DNA of 64,000 nucleotides from Podarcis gaigeae (Eukaryota), in the NCBI GenBank assembly GCA_964106915.2, contig OZ066915.1. One strand, 5' to 3'. Positions within the stretch are counted from its first letter, which is position 1. Each line of letters starts with the position of its first letter. Below are positions 24,133-38,172 of the stretch, in pieces. The notes under the pieces were generated by a model. That model saw only the letters and a list, made by a program, of their open reading frames with translations. It was not told the origin of the DNA and did not search any database. The translations under genes and the position numbers were made by a program.

Positions 24133-24526
24133 AGCAGCAGATGTAACCGGCAAAGTGTCTAGGGAAACACAACAGTCCAATGCTGCAAATTAAGCACAAT
24201 CAAAAAGGAGAAGGATCTGATAATGAATGCATGCCGAGGAAAGGTTGGGACGAGGAACTGTGTAAGATTTGCATCCACCCAACATTGTTTTTTATAGCCC
24301 CTTCAATGAAGCAAAGCTTTTGCATGGGAAAACCTAAAAGCAGTGTGTGCAGAAACTAGGGTGGTATATGGACTGTGTTTCATTTTTGTATGACGATCAG
24401 CAGCAAATCATGCAACAACAAAAACATAGTCTGGTGGACTTTCATTTACTCAACCATGTTCCTTTGGTAGGATTTAAATGCTAAAAATAAAGAGATAGAC
24501 CATTTGACATGTCCTTTTAGACAAAA

Positions 24527-24608
24527 TCATCCATCCAACCAACCAACCAACCAACAACCAACCAACCAACCAACCAACCAACCAACCAACCAACCAACAA
24601 CAAACCAA
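24527..24608. repeat. (CCAA)n tetranucleotide repeat, imperfect
   Basis: Direct reading. Confidence 0.95.
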
Positions 24609-27600
24609 TTCCAGGAAGCCCAACTGAATCAGGGCCATGCTTCCTTCCCTCCTTCCCGACGCACAGTACTTCCCTGATCAAAATTACTCTCCGCACAGAA
24701 AAAAATGCTTTTATTTTTGTAACAGTGAAGGGAAAGAGAGAGTTGTGCGTGGCATTTTAACTGGATGCGGCAGAGTTTCACCCTTTCCCCAGCAATGTTT
24801 TTCGGATAGCAAATTGTTCACTACCACCAAAGCTGCTATTTGTTCTGTTAGGGGAAAACATACAACCTGCCATTTCCTAGGCAGCATAAATTTAGCAGCT
24901 ATCAGCATGAAGCAGATAAGGTTTCTAAAATATGTGGCATACAGTCATTGCCATGTAAAAGAATATGAGTTAGGTTAACTGGTAATGCACAGCCTGGAAT
25001 TTGACACAGCATTCACAACTTTATTCTAATATGGAAAACCTAGGAAGCAGTCCCACGCTATGGGTGATATTCAACTAAATAATTGTTGAGAGGAATGACT
25101 TCATTAAGAGAAGGCCACACAGAAGGTGAGAGGCTTAAAAGAACATTAATAACCAGAGGACTATGGAAGTAAAAAGCCATACAGCAGAATCCTATTCACC
25201 AAAAAGAACTGAAAGCACAATGCCTGAGAGTTGACTCAAGCACCCCATGGTATGGCAAGCTGGAGATGCCAATATACTATAGAACACATCTTGCTGGTCT
25301 TGCAACAACTATGCTGCCTCCTGGTTAATTTTTGAATGCAATCAAAGTGTTGGTTCTTAAAACGACAAAGCACCGAAAAGTTTATTCCCCTCAATGGCTT
25401 TTGGGGGGGGGGGTTGGGGGCTCTCCAAAACTGTGTGTGAGCATGTGTTTAGTGACACAAGCTTCTTCTGAAAGGTTTCAGGGGGCATTTTTTGAGGGGT
25501 TTTTTTTTAAAGTAGTAGTCTTTTTTTAAAATCTTTAAATTGCATTCTTGACAAAACTGCAGTGGCACATATAGAATCATATAGAAAAAGCAGGAAAAGG
25601 TAGGGTTAGGGTGCAGAAGTGGTGTATCTCCGTTGGGCTTTGTCACCACAGAGTTCCCCATTATGCTTGCCAAAAAGCACAGGTAACTGGAGGTTACTGC
25701 TGGTGGCATTCCTGTCGGCTATAGCCAGCATAAGCTCCCAAAATGGGGGGATTTCAGGGGTAGGGTAGAGGTGGGTTGGCCAAAGATCAGTTGGATCCTC
25801 AGTCACTCCAGCTACTGGTGATGAACCCAATCCGGGTCTCTCTGCCATGCCGGCTTGGAGCTTCCATAGCAGAAAACCTAATTTTTTTCTTTATTATTTT
25901 CTTTATTAATTTTATATACCACCCTTCATCCAAGGATCACAAAGCAGTTCACAATATAAAAGCACAAAAATGCATAACATAGTAACAAACAAAAACAATA
26001 CTCCCCCCATCAGTGCCTCCCACATCGTCTGTTCTGACCCAGTGCAGGTGGCAAGGCTTTGACTATGGTGGTCACTCCCCTGCTCATTTCAGCCCTGCTG
26101 GTTTTGGTTGGAGTTAGGATTGCTTTCGCAGTCACAGAACTTTGTGCTCCTTTCCGCATGCTTTTGTATGGTGCATCTTATTGACCTGAAAAGGCCTTGA
26201 GACTGCTTTGTTAATTGCAGGAATTATGCATCTAGAAACTCCCAAGTTAGCAAAAACCCATGACTCAAAAGGGCAGTTAATGATCTCTTTAATTTAGAAT
26301 TAAGATTATTACTTGGAAACCATTGCCGGCATTGAAAATATAGGTCCCACTGAACTCTGTGATCTAGCATCTTTGTATTAAGAAGCTGAAGGGTTTGAAG
26401 CAAACTCTCCATGGGCAATTTTCTGCAGAGTTGTACAAGAAGCTTTTATTACACAAAATGGCTTGTAATTCCAGAATGGTACAGTGGGCAAAACATTCAC
26501 GAGAGCCTTATTCATAAGAACCATACACTTCAACTTGTAAACTCTTAGCGTGGGTGGTTTGAAATATTGCTTGATATGCAATCTTAATGTTATCCAAAAT
26601 AAATTAAGAAGTAAGCCCTGATCAGCCAAGACCTCCCCATGCCTATTCAGTGCTTCTGGACAGATTTAGTGAAATGATCATGCTTGTTATTAATATGTGC
26701 TGTGCATGGTTAGCCAGCTAATGGGTCTGTAGAGGACAGTGGGTTGTATCCAAAGCTTCTGTTCCATTTGCTCAGCAGACTTCCATTTGTGCAACGGAGC
26801 TTCCCTCTTCTCTCTTCACTCTCCTCAAAATCTGCTCCAGAGGGTTGGGAGCTACCAGTGGTGGACGTTAAAATTTGTGACATGCTAAAATTTAGTGCCT
26901 TCCTGCCTCTTGTACTCTGTTCTACAGCACTGCTGTGGTGTCCCCTGCACCACGGCACCCAGTGTGGCTGAACTGGTCATGCCACCATAAAACCAGCTCT
27001 GGAGCAGATTGAGAGCACCGGGAGAAAAGAGGAAATAGAAGTCCCACTGTGCACAGTGCTGAATACAACACAGTATTTTTAAACTCATTCCATTTATAAT
27101 ACTCCATGCCTGCCTGCCTTTCTTTCCGCTTTGACAAATCTAACTGAATTGGGACAGCCTAAAATAAAAAAAATAAATTTGGGCAGTAGAACCATGTTAA
27201 TTCTGCTCTTTGGGCAACCCATGGCAAATTCATTTTCTTCTAGACTTCTAGGTCTTTCTTAACAGAGTGTAATAAGGATATAAAATTGCTGTACCAAATT
27301 ACAAATCAGACCAATGTTTAGTGATTTAAATGGCAGTATCTCTCCAGGGTCTGTACTGTTCACTTCAACAGAGAAAAGACTTGGAGACATTGAGCTGTCA
27401 TCAGCTGAGAGGTTCTGTATCATAGTTCCGAATCTACTGAAACCGATTTGAAACCTAGAAACACACCCAATTCACTCAGTTTTGATTCTGGTTCAGACAA
27501 CAAGATAAAGTAAAAAAAAGTACCTGTGAACAGATTTATAAAATGTCAGGGATCCCCTAAAGGCGTAGGCACAAGCTCCTAGGAGCTAAGGCAGCCCCCT

Positions 27601-27884
27601 CCTGTATTTTTTGAGGGGTCAGGACATTGCGCCGAGCCCCCTGAATCAACTAGAGAAGGTGGCACCTCTGCTTAAGGGCAAGACAATCCTATGCATGTTT
27701 ACTCAGTTTAATGGAGATTACTTCTGCAGTGGACACTAAGTCTATAAATGAGTTTGGGGCTGCAATCCTTTTAAGTTCACATACAGAGGCAAGTCATCTA
27801 GGGCTGAAGTTCCATACAGAAGGCAAAAGGCTTCTCACAATTGCAGAATGGACATTATGTGGCACTTGTAAAAGTGCAAGTTCT

Positions 27885-28560
27885 GCGGAATGAATAACTG
27901 AATAGGCATGTTTGGGGCAAGGTGAAGTATTAAGTAAACTGGTCTCAAGCCATTAAAGGCTTTATATACCAATGGTAAAACTTGGCCTGGTAGCAAATGG
28001 GCAGCCAGTGAGCACAGGTATAACATGCTGACAGATGCTCACTAGTATCAGTAATTACTTTGCAGAATTTGCAGTAACTGGAAGCTCCACATGGAGTCCA
28101 TTGCAACCTACCAATGCCTGAATTACTGTAGTTAAGCTATCCCAGTTCAGGAATTATCACAGATGTCATACCAGCTGAAAAATGTGCTTCTAGTCATTGA
28201 GGCCACTAGGGCCTCTAGTGGCAAATATGGATCCAACAGCACCTAGATTGTGTACCTGCTCCTTCACAGGGAATGCAACACCATCCAGAGCAAGCAACTG
28301 GCCAATTCCATTAACACAAGGACCACTCATCCTTACAGTCTCTGTATTTCCAGCATTCAAGCTCAGTATATTTTCCCTCACTGACGCACCACTGCATCCA
28401 GGCCTTGGTCAAGCTTCTGCATGTCTTCTCCTTATTCAGATGTCAAGGAGAAATTGAGCAAATGTCTGATCCCAATGGCTACATGTAGATGTTAAACAGC
28501 ATTGGGGACAAAATAATGCCCTACGGCACCCCATGGCATAACTACTGAAGATCAGAAAGG
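27885..28560 (-). mobile_element. Degraded L2-type LINE ORF2 fragment
   Basis: ORF 28190..28381 (LSLNAGNTETV...LALDGVAFPVKEQVHNLG) resembles the L2 post-RT region LKLNPDKTE...LDGVxLPLKDQVRSLG; ORF 27835..28026 has PLVYKAFNGLRPVYL. Confidence 0.7.
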
Positions 28561-28652
28561 GACTCTCTGAATCCAGCCCACTAAGTAGGGAATGGGACCA
28601 CTGTAAGACTGTGTCCCCGATAGCCAGACCAGGAAGACATCATCACCAAAAG

Positions 28653-28654
<2 letters not shown>

Positions 28655-28698
<44 letters not shown>
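28655..28698. repeat. (GA)n microsatellite
   Basis: Direct reading. Confidence 0.97.
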
Positions 28699-28702
<4 letters not shown>

Positions 28703-30447
28703 AACGTTGAACTCCCCTTATCACATTCCCAGTAAAGGTCACCTTGCTTAATTGTGTCTTGGCACGGTGTTTGAACTGGGCCTTTGACATGTTGTCACTT
28801 AAAGGGCTTAAACCAGGCAATGTGCTTTAATCACAAAAATGTTTTGTATGAGCCTGTGGAAGTTTGGATGAGGGCCAGATGAAGGTTTAAAGCAGAGGTG
28901 GGCAACCCATGGCTCTCCTGAGCTTGTTGGACTCCCATCAGTTCAAGCCCAAATAGTCAGTGGTCACGAATGATGGGACCTATAGCCCAACAACATCTGG
29001 AGCTCTACAGGGTCCTCATCCTAGTTCTAAATGTATGGGGGGGGGAAAGGGGGGGGAGTTCTAAGGAATATAGCTGCTTGCCAATGTGGAGGTGATTCAT
29101 ATTCCGAATGAAGGTAAGATAAGTGATACTGAAATACTGCAGGATGAGAAGCTTAGGGAAATGAGAACACCCTTGGAGCATCAGAATGAAACACCACAAT
29201 TATTCTGTGTATCTGTGAGATAAATTCCATCCATATAACATAGAGGAATGCAGCTCCCTATCAACACCACTCCGAACTCTTGACTTAAAGATTCTCTTTC
29301 TGTAAATAGCTTATTACCAAGACATATTCAGAGCCAAGGTACTTATGTAACAAGATAAACTGCCCACAGAAAATGTTGTTTCCATGCTAATGTTTTTTCT
29401 CGTCTGCATATCATTTAATACCAAGCATTGTTATATTTACTAATAGCAAGCTCATTCTCCAAGTATGGATCCTTCTGTAGAAAAAAAACCAGCAGGACCC
29501 ACACACCACCCAGGCTAAAAATATATACATTAGTTGGGGGACCCTAGGGAGAGGGAAACACAAAAAGCCCAATATGGATTGAGCATGCTCAGTGATCATG
29601 GAATGCTGACTGACTGCTGGGGCGGCAGTGGTGAGAGGAGAATAGAATAGAGTATCCTGGAATAGAACAGGGGCGAAGGGTGTGTGTGTGTTGCTGGGGC
29701 GCTTTTTCTCAGTGGCGGTGTGAGGTGGACACAACAGCCACGTACCCTTCCAATCAGTCTGATCAGTTTGTTACATGGTTCAGTTTTGCATAGCTGCTCT
29801 TTGTTCAAGAAATAACGGATGAGGAAATGGGGGAGAGCCAGGACCACGGAACAGGGAGTATGCCCATGGTCTCAATTAGACTCAGAGCCAGCTATTCACA
29901 AGGAGCAAAGCTCTAGTCTACCTTGGTCCTGCGTCACTACAAGGCTAAAATATGTGCATATCCCATGCCCACAGACAAACCCAGATATATGTGTTGGCAG
30001 TGCACATGGTAGGGATACTGCAGTAATCCATCAGGTTTGATTTCTGATGCAGATATTGCTGTTTTGCTAGTGCACAGACAATTATCCTAACTCTTCTTGT
30101 GTCCAATTCTCCCTGATTTACTTTCTGTCCAGGGAAAATAAAAAATTGGCAGCTACATGCACAAACCCTTGTGTAAGCTATGCAGAGATTGGGCAGGAGG
30201 ACAGAGGCTGAAAGTCCATTAGAATTTGCAAGGCAGTGAACTGCATTGCTCCCCATGGAATGCAAGTTCTTTTCCACTAATGCAACTATTTGGTGCTCAT
30301 GAATGGCTGTAACACACATCAATTTGAGAAACTTTCTTTTCATTGAGGGGAGCAGATGAGGATTCTGCAAAGCTAGATGTTGTTTGAGAAAGCAAAGGAA
30401 ATCCAGAACACTTTACTGACTTTTTGTAGATATCTAATAACGTGGGT

Positions 30448-30794
30448 GGCGCTGTGGGTAAAACCTCAGCGCCTAGGACTTGCCGATTGTCAGGTCGGCG
30501 GTTCGAATCCCCGCGGCAGGGTGCGCTCTCGTTGCTCGGTCCCAGCGCCTACCAACCTAGCAGTTTGAAAGCACCCCCAGGTGCAAGTAGATAAATAGGA
30601 ACCACTTACTAGCAGGAAGGTAAACGGCGTTTCTGTGTGCTGCGCTGGCTCGCCAGATGCAGCTTGTCGCGCTGGCCACGTGACCCGGAAGTGTCTGCGG
30701 ACAGTGTTGGCTCCCGGCCTCTTAAGTGAGATGGGCGCACAAACCTAGAGTCAGACACAACTGGCTCGTATGGGCAGGGGTACCTTTACCTTTT
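30448..30794 (+). mobile_element. Sauria SINE, near full length, with 13-bp target-site duplication
   Basis: tRNA-like head ggcgctgtgggtaaaacc...ggttcgaatccc, core gtgcaagtagataaatagg, tail ggggtacctttaccttt; TAATAACGTGGGT at 30435-30447 and 30795-30807. Confidence 0.92.
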
Positions 30795-32504
30795 TAATAA
30801 CGTGGGTTAGGACTTGATAAAAATATCTAAAGTCTCATTGCATACATAGTTGCACCAACCCCCCCCCCAAAAAAATGTACCAGGACAGGGTACTCTGCTA
30901 TCCAGGCGTGGTGCAAAATGGAAACTGCTGTCCTGCCACTGTTGCCTGCACTGCCCACCCCAATGCCTCTGGTGGTGCTGGCATTGGTGCTGATTTCTGG
31001 AGATATCTCACCGAAAGTCGGTGGCGGGGTGGGCAAGGTATCCTGACTGGCTGCACCTCAGCGGCTTCCACAGCCTGGCCTGACCCTGCTAGCATCGTAA
31101 GCAGACGCAGGATATGTAACCACCATATGCGGTGTGTCATTTAGAACAGCCATCACCACTACACAGAGCATCAATTAACCTAGTCATGCAACACCTGTTG
31201 GCATGCCGTATGTCGGAAATGGGATCATCACCAGAACATCATGCCCAGGGGGTCTCCAATCTTTTGGGGCCCATTTGCAAAAAAAAAACAAAAACCCACA
31301 AGGAGCTATCATGGGCACCACACACACTGCAATCATGCACACACCACCACCACCTTGGCTACAACGGAATGCTTATTTCAGTCATAATTTCAGTGGGAGG
31401 AGGGGACACCGTGGGTGCCAAGGAAGACCTCTGTGGGTGTATGTCCACATGCGCCACTTTGGCGGCCCCTACTATAGCCGATAAAGTTCTATCTATGGCA
31501 CATCATTGATCCCCATCATTGTTCACCCCAAACAGCAGGCACAATTAATAATTTTGGAGTGAAGAGTTCCAGTTATTTCAACAAAGCTTCACTTCTTAAT
31601 ATTTTGAGGTTGTCTGCAGTGTCATCTGGCTTTTAGGGGTTTCTAGGGAAGCTGCAACCAAAGTTTCAAAATTCTGTTCTGTTACTTTGCAGATCTAAAT
31701 GGCAAAAGAATGAAAACGCCACTTAGTTATATCTGGGGATTTTATTAGTTTCTCCGAAATTTAAACTTGCTCCCCTCCCCACCTTCCATCCAACAGTGTG
31801 TTGATAAGAATAGCTGGAATCAGGCAGCCTAAACTGACTCTATTGCCCAGCTCCACCTCTTCCCCTTCCTCCTAAGATGTTTCAATAAAGAACACCAAGT
31901 CCCAAAGAGGATTTTATTCTTATCCCTTTAACATTAACAAAATTGGCCCTGCCACAAAGCAGAGAGATGAACGAGGATGATCAGACAGAAAGCCCCCAGT
32001 GACCCAAATGATTCTGCCCGCTTTGCACCCGGAACTTCCCAGTTATTAAAAAACACTGAAACGCAAACACGGCCTGAAACCATTACCATGGTAACGAAGG
32101 ATTCTGAAGGAAAGATACAAAAGAAGGAAGGGGCGGGTGAGGAGGAATTTCAACTATTCCTAAGGAAATACCAAACAACATTTTACTGACTCATCATTTA
32201 GCGATATTTGATTTTAAAGAAAGAAGTTAACAAGCACCAGAAAGAAACAGATTTCATTTTATGTTACTAGGGCTGACACTGATCCCTGAAAATGCTCATG
32301 ATAAGCTATTTTTTTTAATTATGAAAATATAATTTAAAAAAAAAAACTGTTTATTTTTAATTCAATGGACACACAATACAGTATTTTTTTTAAGAAAGGA
32401 AAAAGGGAAAGACCAAAAAATAAAACAAAAATGCATCATGGACATAGTAGGTGTAAAAAGGAAAAAAGTAACGTAGATATAGATTTTACAATACTGAATA
32501 GACA

Positions 32505-32510
32505 AATACA

Positions 32511-32556
<46 letters not shown>
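32505..32556. repeat. (AC)n microsatellite
   Basis: Direct reading. Confidence 0.95.
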
Positions 32557-32561
<5 letters not shown>

Positions 32562-35139
32562 GTAAAACCTACCATCAATGAAAGAGCATTAGCATATTAT
32601 TGTAAGGGGGAAGGAATAGACAAATGAGGTAAGTCATGGATTAGAAAGGCAAATGAGGAAAATACCAGTGAAAGCTACTTCCAAATGAATTCATACTTTG
32701 CAGGGACAATGTTAAGATGGGGTGATTATTAAGATATGCAAAAAAGGTCCACTAAATATCCACACAGTCCTCAGGCTCTGCAGTTCACTGCAGCACACGC
32801 TGATGTCAAGTTTTTCCATGACAGCAATATGTACAACCTTCTCCTATAAAATTATTTCTATTACAGTTTCAAGTATATAAGAACAAGAAACCAACAACAT
32901 ATACAAAACTCTAAATCTCTTTCCAACATGGAATAGGTATAAGGTCTTGGATAAAGCATGAGGGAGACACAAAAGAATAACTCCTGGTGAACTATTCAAA
33001 AATTGAATTACGGACAGCAAGGAAGCAATGATAATTTGTGAAGGGTTATCCATGGAAATAACAGGACCAGTGATTTACTTTTAGCTAAAAGCGCAAAACA
33101 ACTCTGCCAGAAACAATTCAAGCACTGCTGAGAAAGACCCTCCATTCACACAGAAAACTGCGGTTTTATTTTTTCCAGATGGGTGATTTCTGCCCCCTTC
33201 CTAAATCAGTATGTAGGGTATTTGTTGTAATTTACTTTGCAGAATAAATTTAGAGTTAACCTCATGTCAAAGTCTGGACCAGTAAAGCCCAGACCTTTGA
33301 AAAATGGTAGTCCAACTTCTTTACAGGACTGGGGCTGGATAAAAGGGATTAGTAGGATCCACTTCTAGAAAGGAACAGGTCCAAAAAAGAGGCAATATCA
33401 ATATTTGGGCTGCGGCCATTTGGCAGAGAGGTACCACAAAAACTTCCATTACAGCTGTACAAGCTAAACCTGTTCTAAGGTTAAAAAGAATAGACCTCAA
33501 TCTCCACAACCGTCCATCTGGCATCTTCTGACAGCACTGAGCTTGCTTAATGTTCCCACCTGATTGCAAAGCTACACAGGGGTGCCATAACCCTCTAGGC
33601 TTGTTCTCATCTAAACTCATTAAATCATCCTGATGGAGAGACTGGTGCTTAGTCACTAGGACCTTCTTAAAGCTAATTCCCTGCTACTGTTGCATCTTAT
33701 TTGGTTCTGGCATTAATTTAATCAGCCATTCCTACAATTCAATCAGGCCTGCACGATGACGAAAAGCCATTTCCAACCACTAAGTTGGAGGAAAGTAATC
33801 CTGCATCTCGCTTAGATGTCAGCCCAGGCCACAGATGGTGGTTGGAGCTGTTCAGAGGCTGAGGGAATAAGTCATGCAGCCACTGGGGTGGGGGTGGGAA
33901 CTGTCACTCACTATCTTTTCAAGATCCTGCCTCCAAAAGGGCTTTGCAACTCCAAGCTCTCATTTTGATTTTTGGCTTCAATCTCTCTCCCTCCCTAATT
34001 GGGACAAACAAGGAGCTGAAGCGCTCCAACTCTATTTCCCAATTAAAAAGGCATTCAGACACATAGACACACTAGAAATGATCAACATTTTTATTTTTTC
34101 GTCTTCTTCCATTTTATTTAAGATGCCAGACTTTCTATTGGTATCACTTCCCCTCCAGCCAAGTGATGATATGTCTTCTGAATATCCTTTTTTCTCCTTA
34201 TCACACCCATATGGTTGGTCATTTGCAGTGTGCTTTTGGGTTTTTACAGAGTTCTCAAATGTCTTTGGAGTACAGATTGAAAGTACACTTTCAGCATTTC
34301 TATAGGGTTCTTCTAGTTTAACTTCAGAGAGGGTTCAGACAATCGTCTGCAGAGCAATGGTCATTTGCATAAACTCTTCCCTTCCTTCCATTATAGAAAG
34401 CTCTGCAGGAATTAAAAAATGTGTCTTGCTATTCTTGTAATAGAAGCCACATCCTCAAATATGACTTCCATTGTCTCCTAGCTTCTTCTCTGTAGGATTT
34501 ATACTATTTGGGGTGTGTCTTTCAACAATTTTCAATCTATCTCAGCCTTTAGCAACCTGGTCCCACCCAGCAGTTGTTGGACTACAACTCCCATCATCCT
34601 TAACCATTAGCCATGCTGGCTAGTATTGAAGGAGTCAAAAAATATCTAGAGGGTACCAGGTCACAGAAGGCTGAGCTATCTGACTGAATCCATAACTTTT
34701 CTGGTTGGTTCTCCTTTTTTCTTTTTTACAGAATCAGTTGCAAATGACATTCACGATAATTAATTTTGGAAAATAAAAGGCATCTTCACTGGGCTTTTTC
34801 TTTGGTGTCTTCTGGGATCTTTCACTCCCCGCCACCCGCCCTCAGCATCCTGCTAAGAATACCACTTCCTAAACTGTTGACATGTGTGTTTTCAGAACAG
34901 TCTGCTCTGTGTGAAAATAAAAGCTTCCCTAAGGCTCAGCCCTGGACCTCTTTCTCAGAACCTCTTCAAGGGATGGTCACACTCAAAGTGGGACAAACAA
35001 GTTTCTCCATCAACAGATGGGAATGGAGAGGAGAGAAGGATGGTGCTAAGCTCATGTTGCTCAATACTGGCATCTTGTCACTAAAAGAATTGTAAAAGAA
35101 TTGCTTTTTTATGTATTCATAATCTGAGCCTGTTTTAAA

Positions 35140-35406
35140 GATGATGATGATGATGATAATGAAAATAATAATAATGATGATGACGATGATGATGATGATA
35201 ATAATAATAATAATTTATTTGTACACTGCCCATCTGGCTGGGCTTCCCAACCACTCTGGGCGGCTTCCAAAAAAATATTAAAATACTGTAATACATCAAA
35301 CATTAAAAGCTTCCCTAAACAGGCCTGCCTTCAGATGTCTTCTAAAAGTCTGGTAGTTGTTGTTGTCTTTGACATCTGGTGGGAGGGCGTTCCACAGGGA
35401 GGGCGC
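35140..35406 (-). mobile_element. L2-type LINE 3' end with (AAT/GAT)n tail; second copy of the family at 38384-38555
   Basis: (aat)n then gcccatctggctggg...ccactctgggcggcttcca...gccttcagatgtct, shared with 38384-38555. Confidence 0.7.
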
Positions 35407-37231
35407 CCTGTTTTCCTCCTCTCAGCAATCCCTCATCCTTCTTCAGGAAAGCTGAGACCAGTTCCAGGTGGTTTTGAGTGAGACTTCCTTTATTAAAGAT
35501 TTCCTTCTTTCGGTCTGAGAATCAGCAGGCTTACCCACAACATGGCCGCACTAGAACGCACCCAGGTCTTCTCATTGCCTTGCTTTCCTACAAGATAATG
35601 CAGGCTAGAGTGGCTCTTTAAAGCAAGGCTACAGAGCAGGGGTGGGGGAATGTGCGGCATCTCCCCCTGACCACTGACCAAGCTGGCTGAAGCAGATGGA
35701 AATTTGATTTCCAGTGTATCCATAACATCTGGAGGACACTGGGCTGGCCACCCCTGCTGTATCAAAGCATTCATTACATAAGTAAATATGCTTCTCTTCT
35801 CAAATCTTAGTACAGGAGCCTTCAATGGTTCACATTCTGGACCGCCAGTATTGTTCTGAGCCTATATTATAAAATGTGCTTTCTGCAGGCCAGCACAAAA
35901 GCTGAAGTTGACACTTTCTATCTTACCTGGGTTGGTAAGAGCATGCCACAGAATCTCTTTGGCAATAACTTGCTCACTCAGTACAGCAACCCAGTCCATT
36001 TATTTAAACCCTGTTTATTTTGACCTGCTGAACACTGAAAATCTTTTTTCTTTCTTTCACCATCTGCCAAAAATATTTTGCTAGGGCAAAATCTATTAGA
36101 TGCTCCGTGTCTGGATTTGTAGAACGAGAGGCTCCAGGGCTCATATAGGAAGCCATTCCTACCGATGCAGAAGCTCTGCCTCCTAATGCCAAATGTATGT
36201 AGCTGCCTGGGACAACTTGGGTTGGTGGTGAAAGCAATGGATTCTAGACATGCTGAAAGCCAGGGTCAATCGCCCTCATTGTTGCAAACATCCTGGAGGA
36301 AACACTGCCTCTGTCACAAAGGAGTAGGTCTGAAATCAAGCTCTGAACTGCATATCAGTGTGCCACAGCTAACGTTGGGCCAGTGCCTTTGGCCTTTGTT
36401 TAAATGGATACCTCATTCTGCAGAAGCAGAGATCCACATTTGAGTGGCCCAGTCAATGCAGACTCTGATTTTCACCTTGGCTCCCAGGAAAGCATATTTG
36501 GATGCCCTTCTCCAAAACTTCATCAAAAGTGCACAGCAATGTATTCTGTTGCTAGAAGGCAGATGGAACAGCACACAACTGGATATGACGGGTGGCATGC
36601 TCCATCCCTCCAGGGCCTTCTCCGCACCACAACAGCTCTTGTAGCATAAATTTGAGCCTTAATTCATGATTTTTTTACTGAGACTTCAGGAATAATATTA
36701 CCCTAGCAATATAACAAAAATGGCAACCAATGCAGACCTATCCCCATAGACCTGGAAGGAGCGTAAGCTTCTTTAATGTCATTGGTTTCTGGTTAATCTA
36801 AACTATATTTCAAACTTAGCTCTCCTTTTCTTACTGTGTATCTCCTGCTGAAACCGGTTTGGAAATACAGGTAAAGCTTCCTCTAATGCTGACTGCTTTC
36901 TACATCGGAAATGCCTGGAGTCAGCAAGAAACAGCGAGGCTCTATCATGCATGTGTGTGAGATACAGAGGGATGGGTGCTTTTAAAGTTCTGTTCCATCA
37001 TGCTATTTTTCTCTCTGGAAGGGATCAATGGGATGCTGGTGGCATACTGTGTATGTAGCTCTGTTGAACAAGGCAGGGGGTGGGGTGGGGTGGAGGGCAG
37101 GAGGGGAAAAGATGACAGCACAAAGTGCTTTCAAAGGAGGATCACACAAAGCCAGCTTCTCAGCTGCATCACCTGCAACAGCACCACTAAGACCTGGTAA
37201 AGAAAAGGAGATGGAGGCTTGTTTTTAAGCA

Positions 37232-37586
37232 GTAAAGGTAAAGGTACCCCTGCCCGTACAGGCCAGTCTTGACAGACTCTGGGGTTGTGCGCCCATCTCA
37301 CTCAAGAGGCCAGGGGCCAGCGCTGTCCGGAGACACTTCCGGGTCACGTGGCCAGTGTGACATCGCTGCTCTGGCGAGCCAGAGCCGCACACGGAAACGC
37401 CGTTTACCTTCCCGCTGGTAAGCGGTCCCTATTTATCTACTTGCACCCGGAGGTGCTTTCGAACTGCTAGGTTGGCAGGCGCTGGGACCGAGCAGCGGGA
37501 GCACACCCCGCCGCAGGGATTCGAACCGCCGACCTTTCGATCGGCAAGTCCTAGGCGCTGAGGCTTTAACCCACAGCGCCACCTGC
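37232..37586 (-). mobile_element. Sauria SINE, near full length, opposite orientation to the 30448 copy
   Basis: Begins gtaaaggtaaaggtacccc (reverse complement of the tail), contains cctatttatctacttgcac and gggattcgaacc (B box), ends cccacagcgccacc. Confidence 0.92.
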
Positions 37587-38172
37587 AACCTGCATCCTAA
37601 ACAGAGGTGTGAAGTTGAAAAACAGGCAAACAGGTTCTTGTATACTTTCCCTCACCAGAATGCATGTCTACACTGAAAGCGACCTCATCTGTTTATGGCA
37701 TAATATTGGATAGCTGCATTTGGTTTTTTGATGAGAGATGTACCGTATATTGTTTGCATCCTCTTTGAACCATGCCTCAAGCTCCCTGCCCCCAGCTGGT
37801 TTTGGCGGCAGTGAGATTTAGGGCAACTGGGCTGTCCCTCTGGAGATGCATAACCATAGATTCTAATCCATCATGCTTTTAAATTCTACCAATGTAGCCT
37901 GGCATCAGTGGCAAACCCCATATGCTGCCAGCGCAATATCACATGCACCTAAGATGTCTCAAATTAGCACTGACTTGCTGTCAAGTTTTATGAACGGCAG
38001 AGGCAACCAAGCCTTCCTCTCGTAGGAACTCGGTGTGCAAAGGGAATAACACAAGACGCAAGGGGAATTATATGAGAAGAATGAAAAGCACAGACACCAG
38101 AAAAACAAAGTAGTCTGTAAGAAAACCATATGCCTAAGGAGCTTCATGGAAAATGTAAGAGCAGATATTATT

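Noticed and set aside
30974-30994. REST/RE1-like site ATCAGCACCAATGCCAGCACC (minus strand)
   Set aside because: Left half matches, but the GGACAG half has multiple core mismatches.
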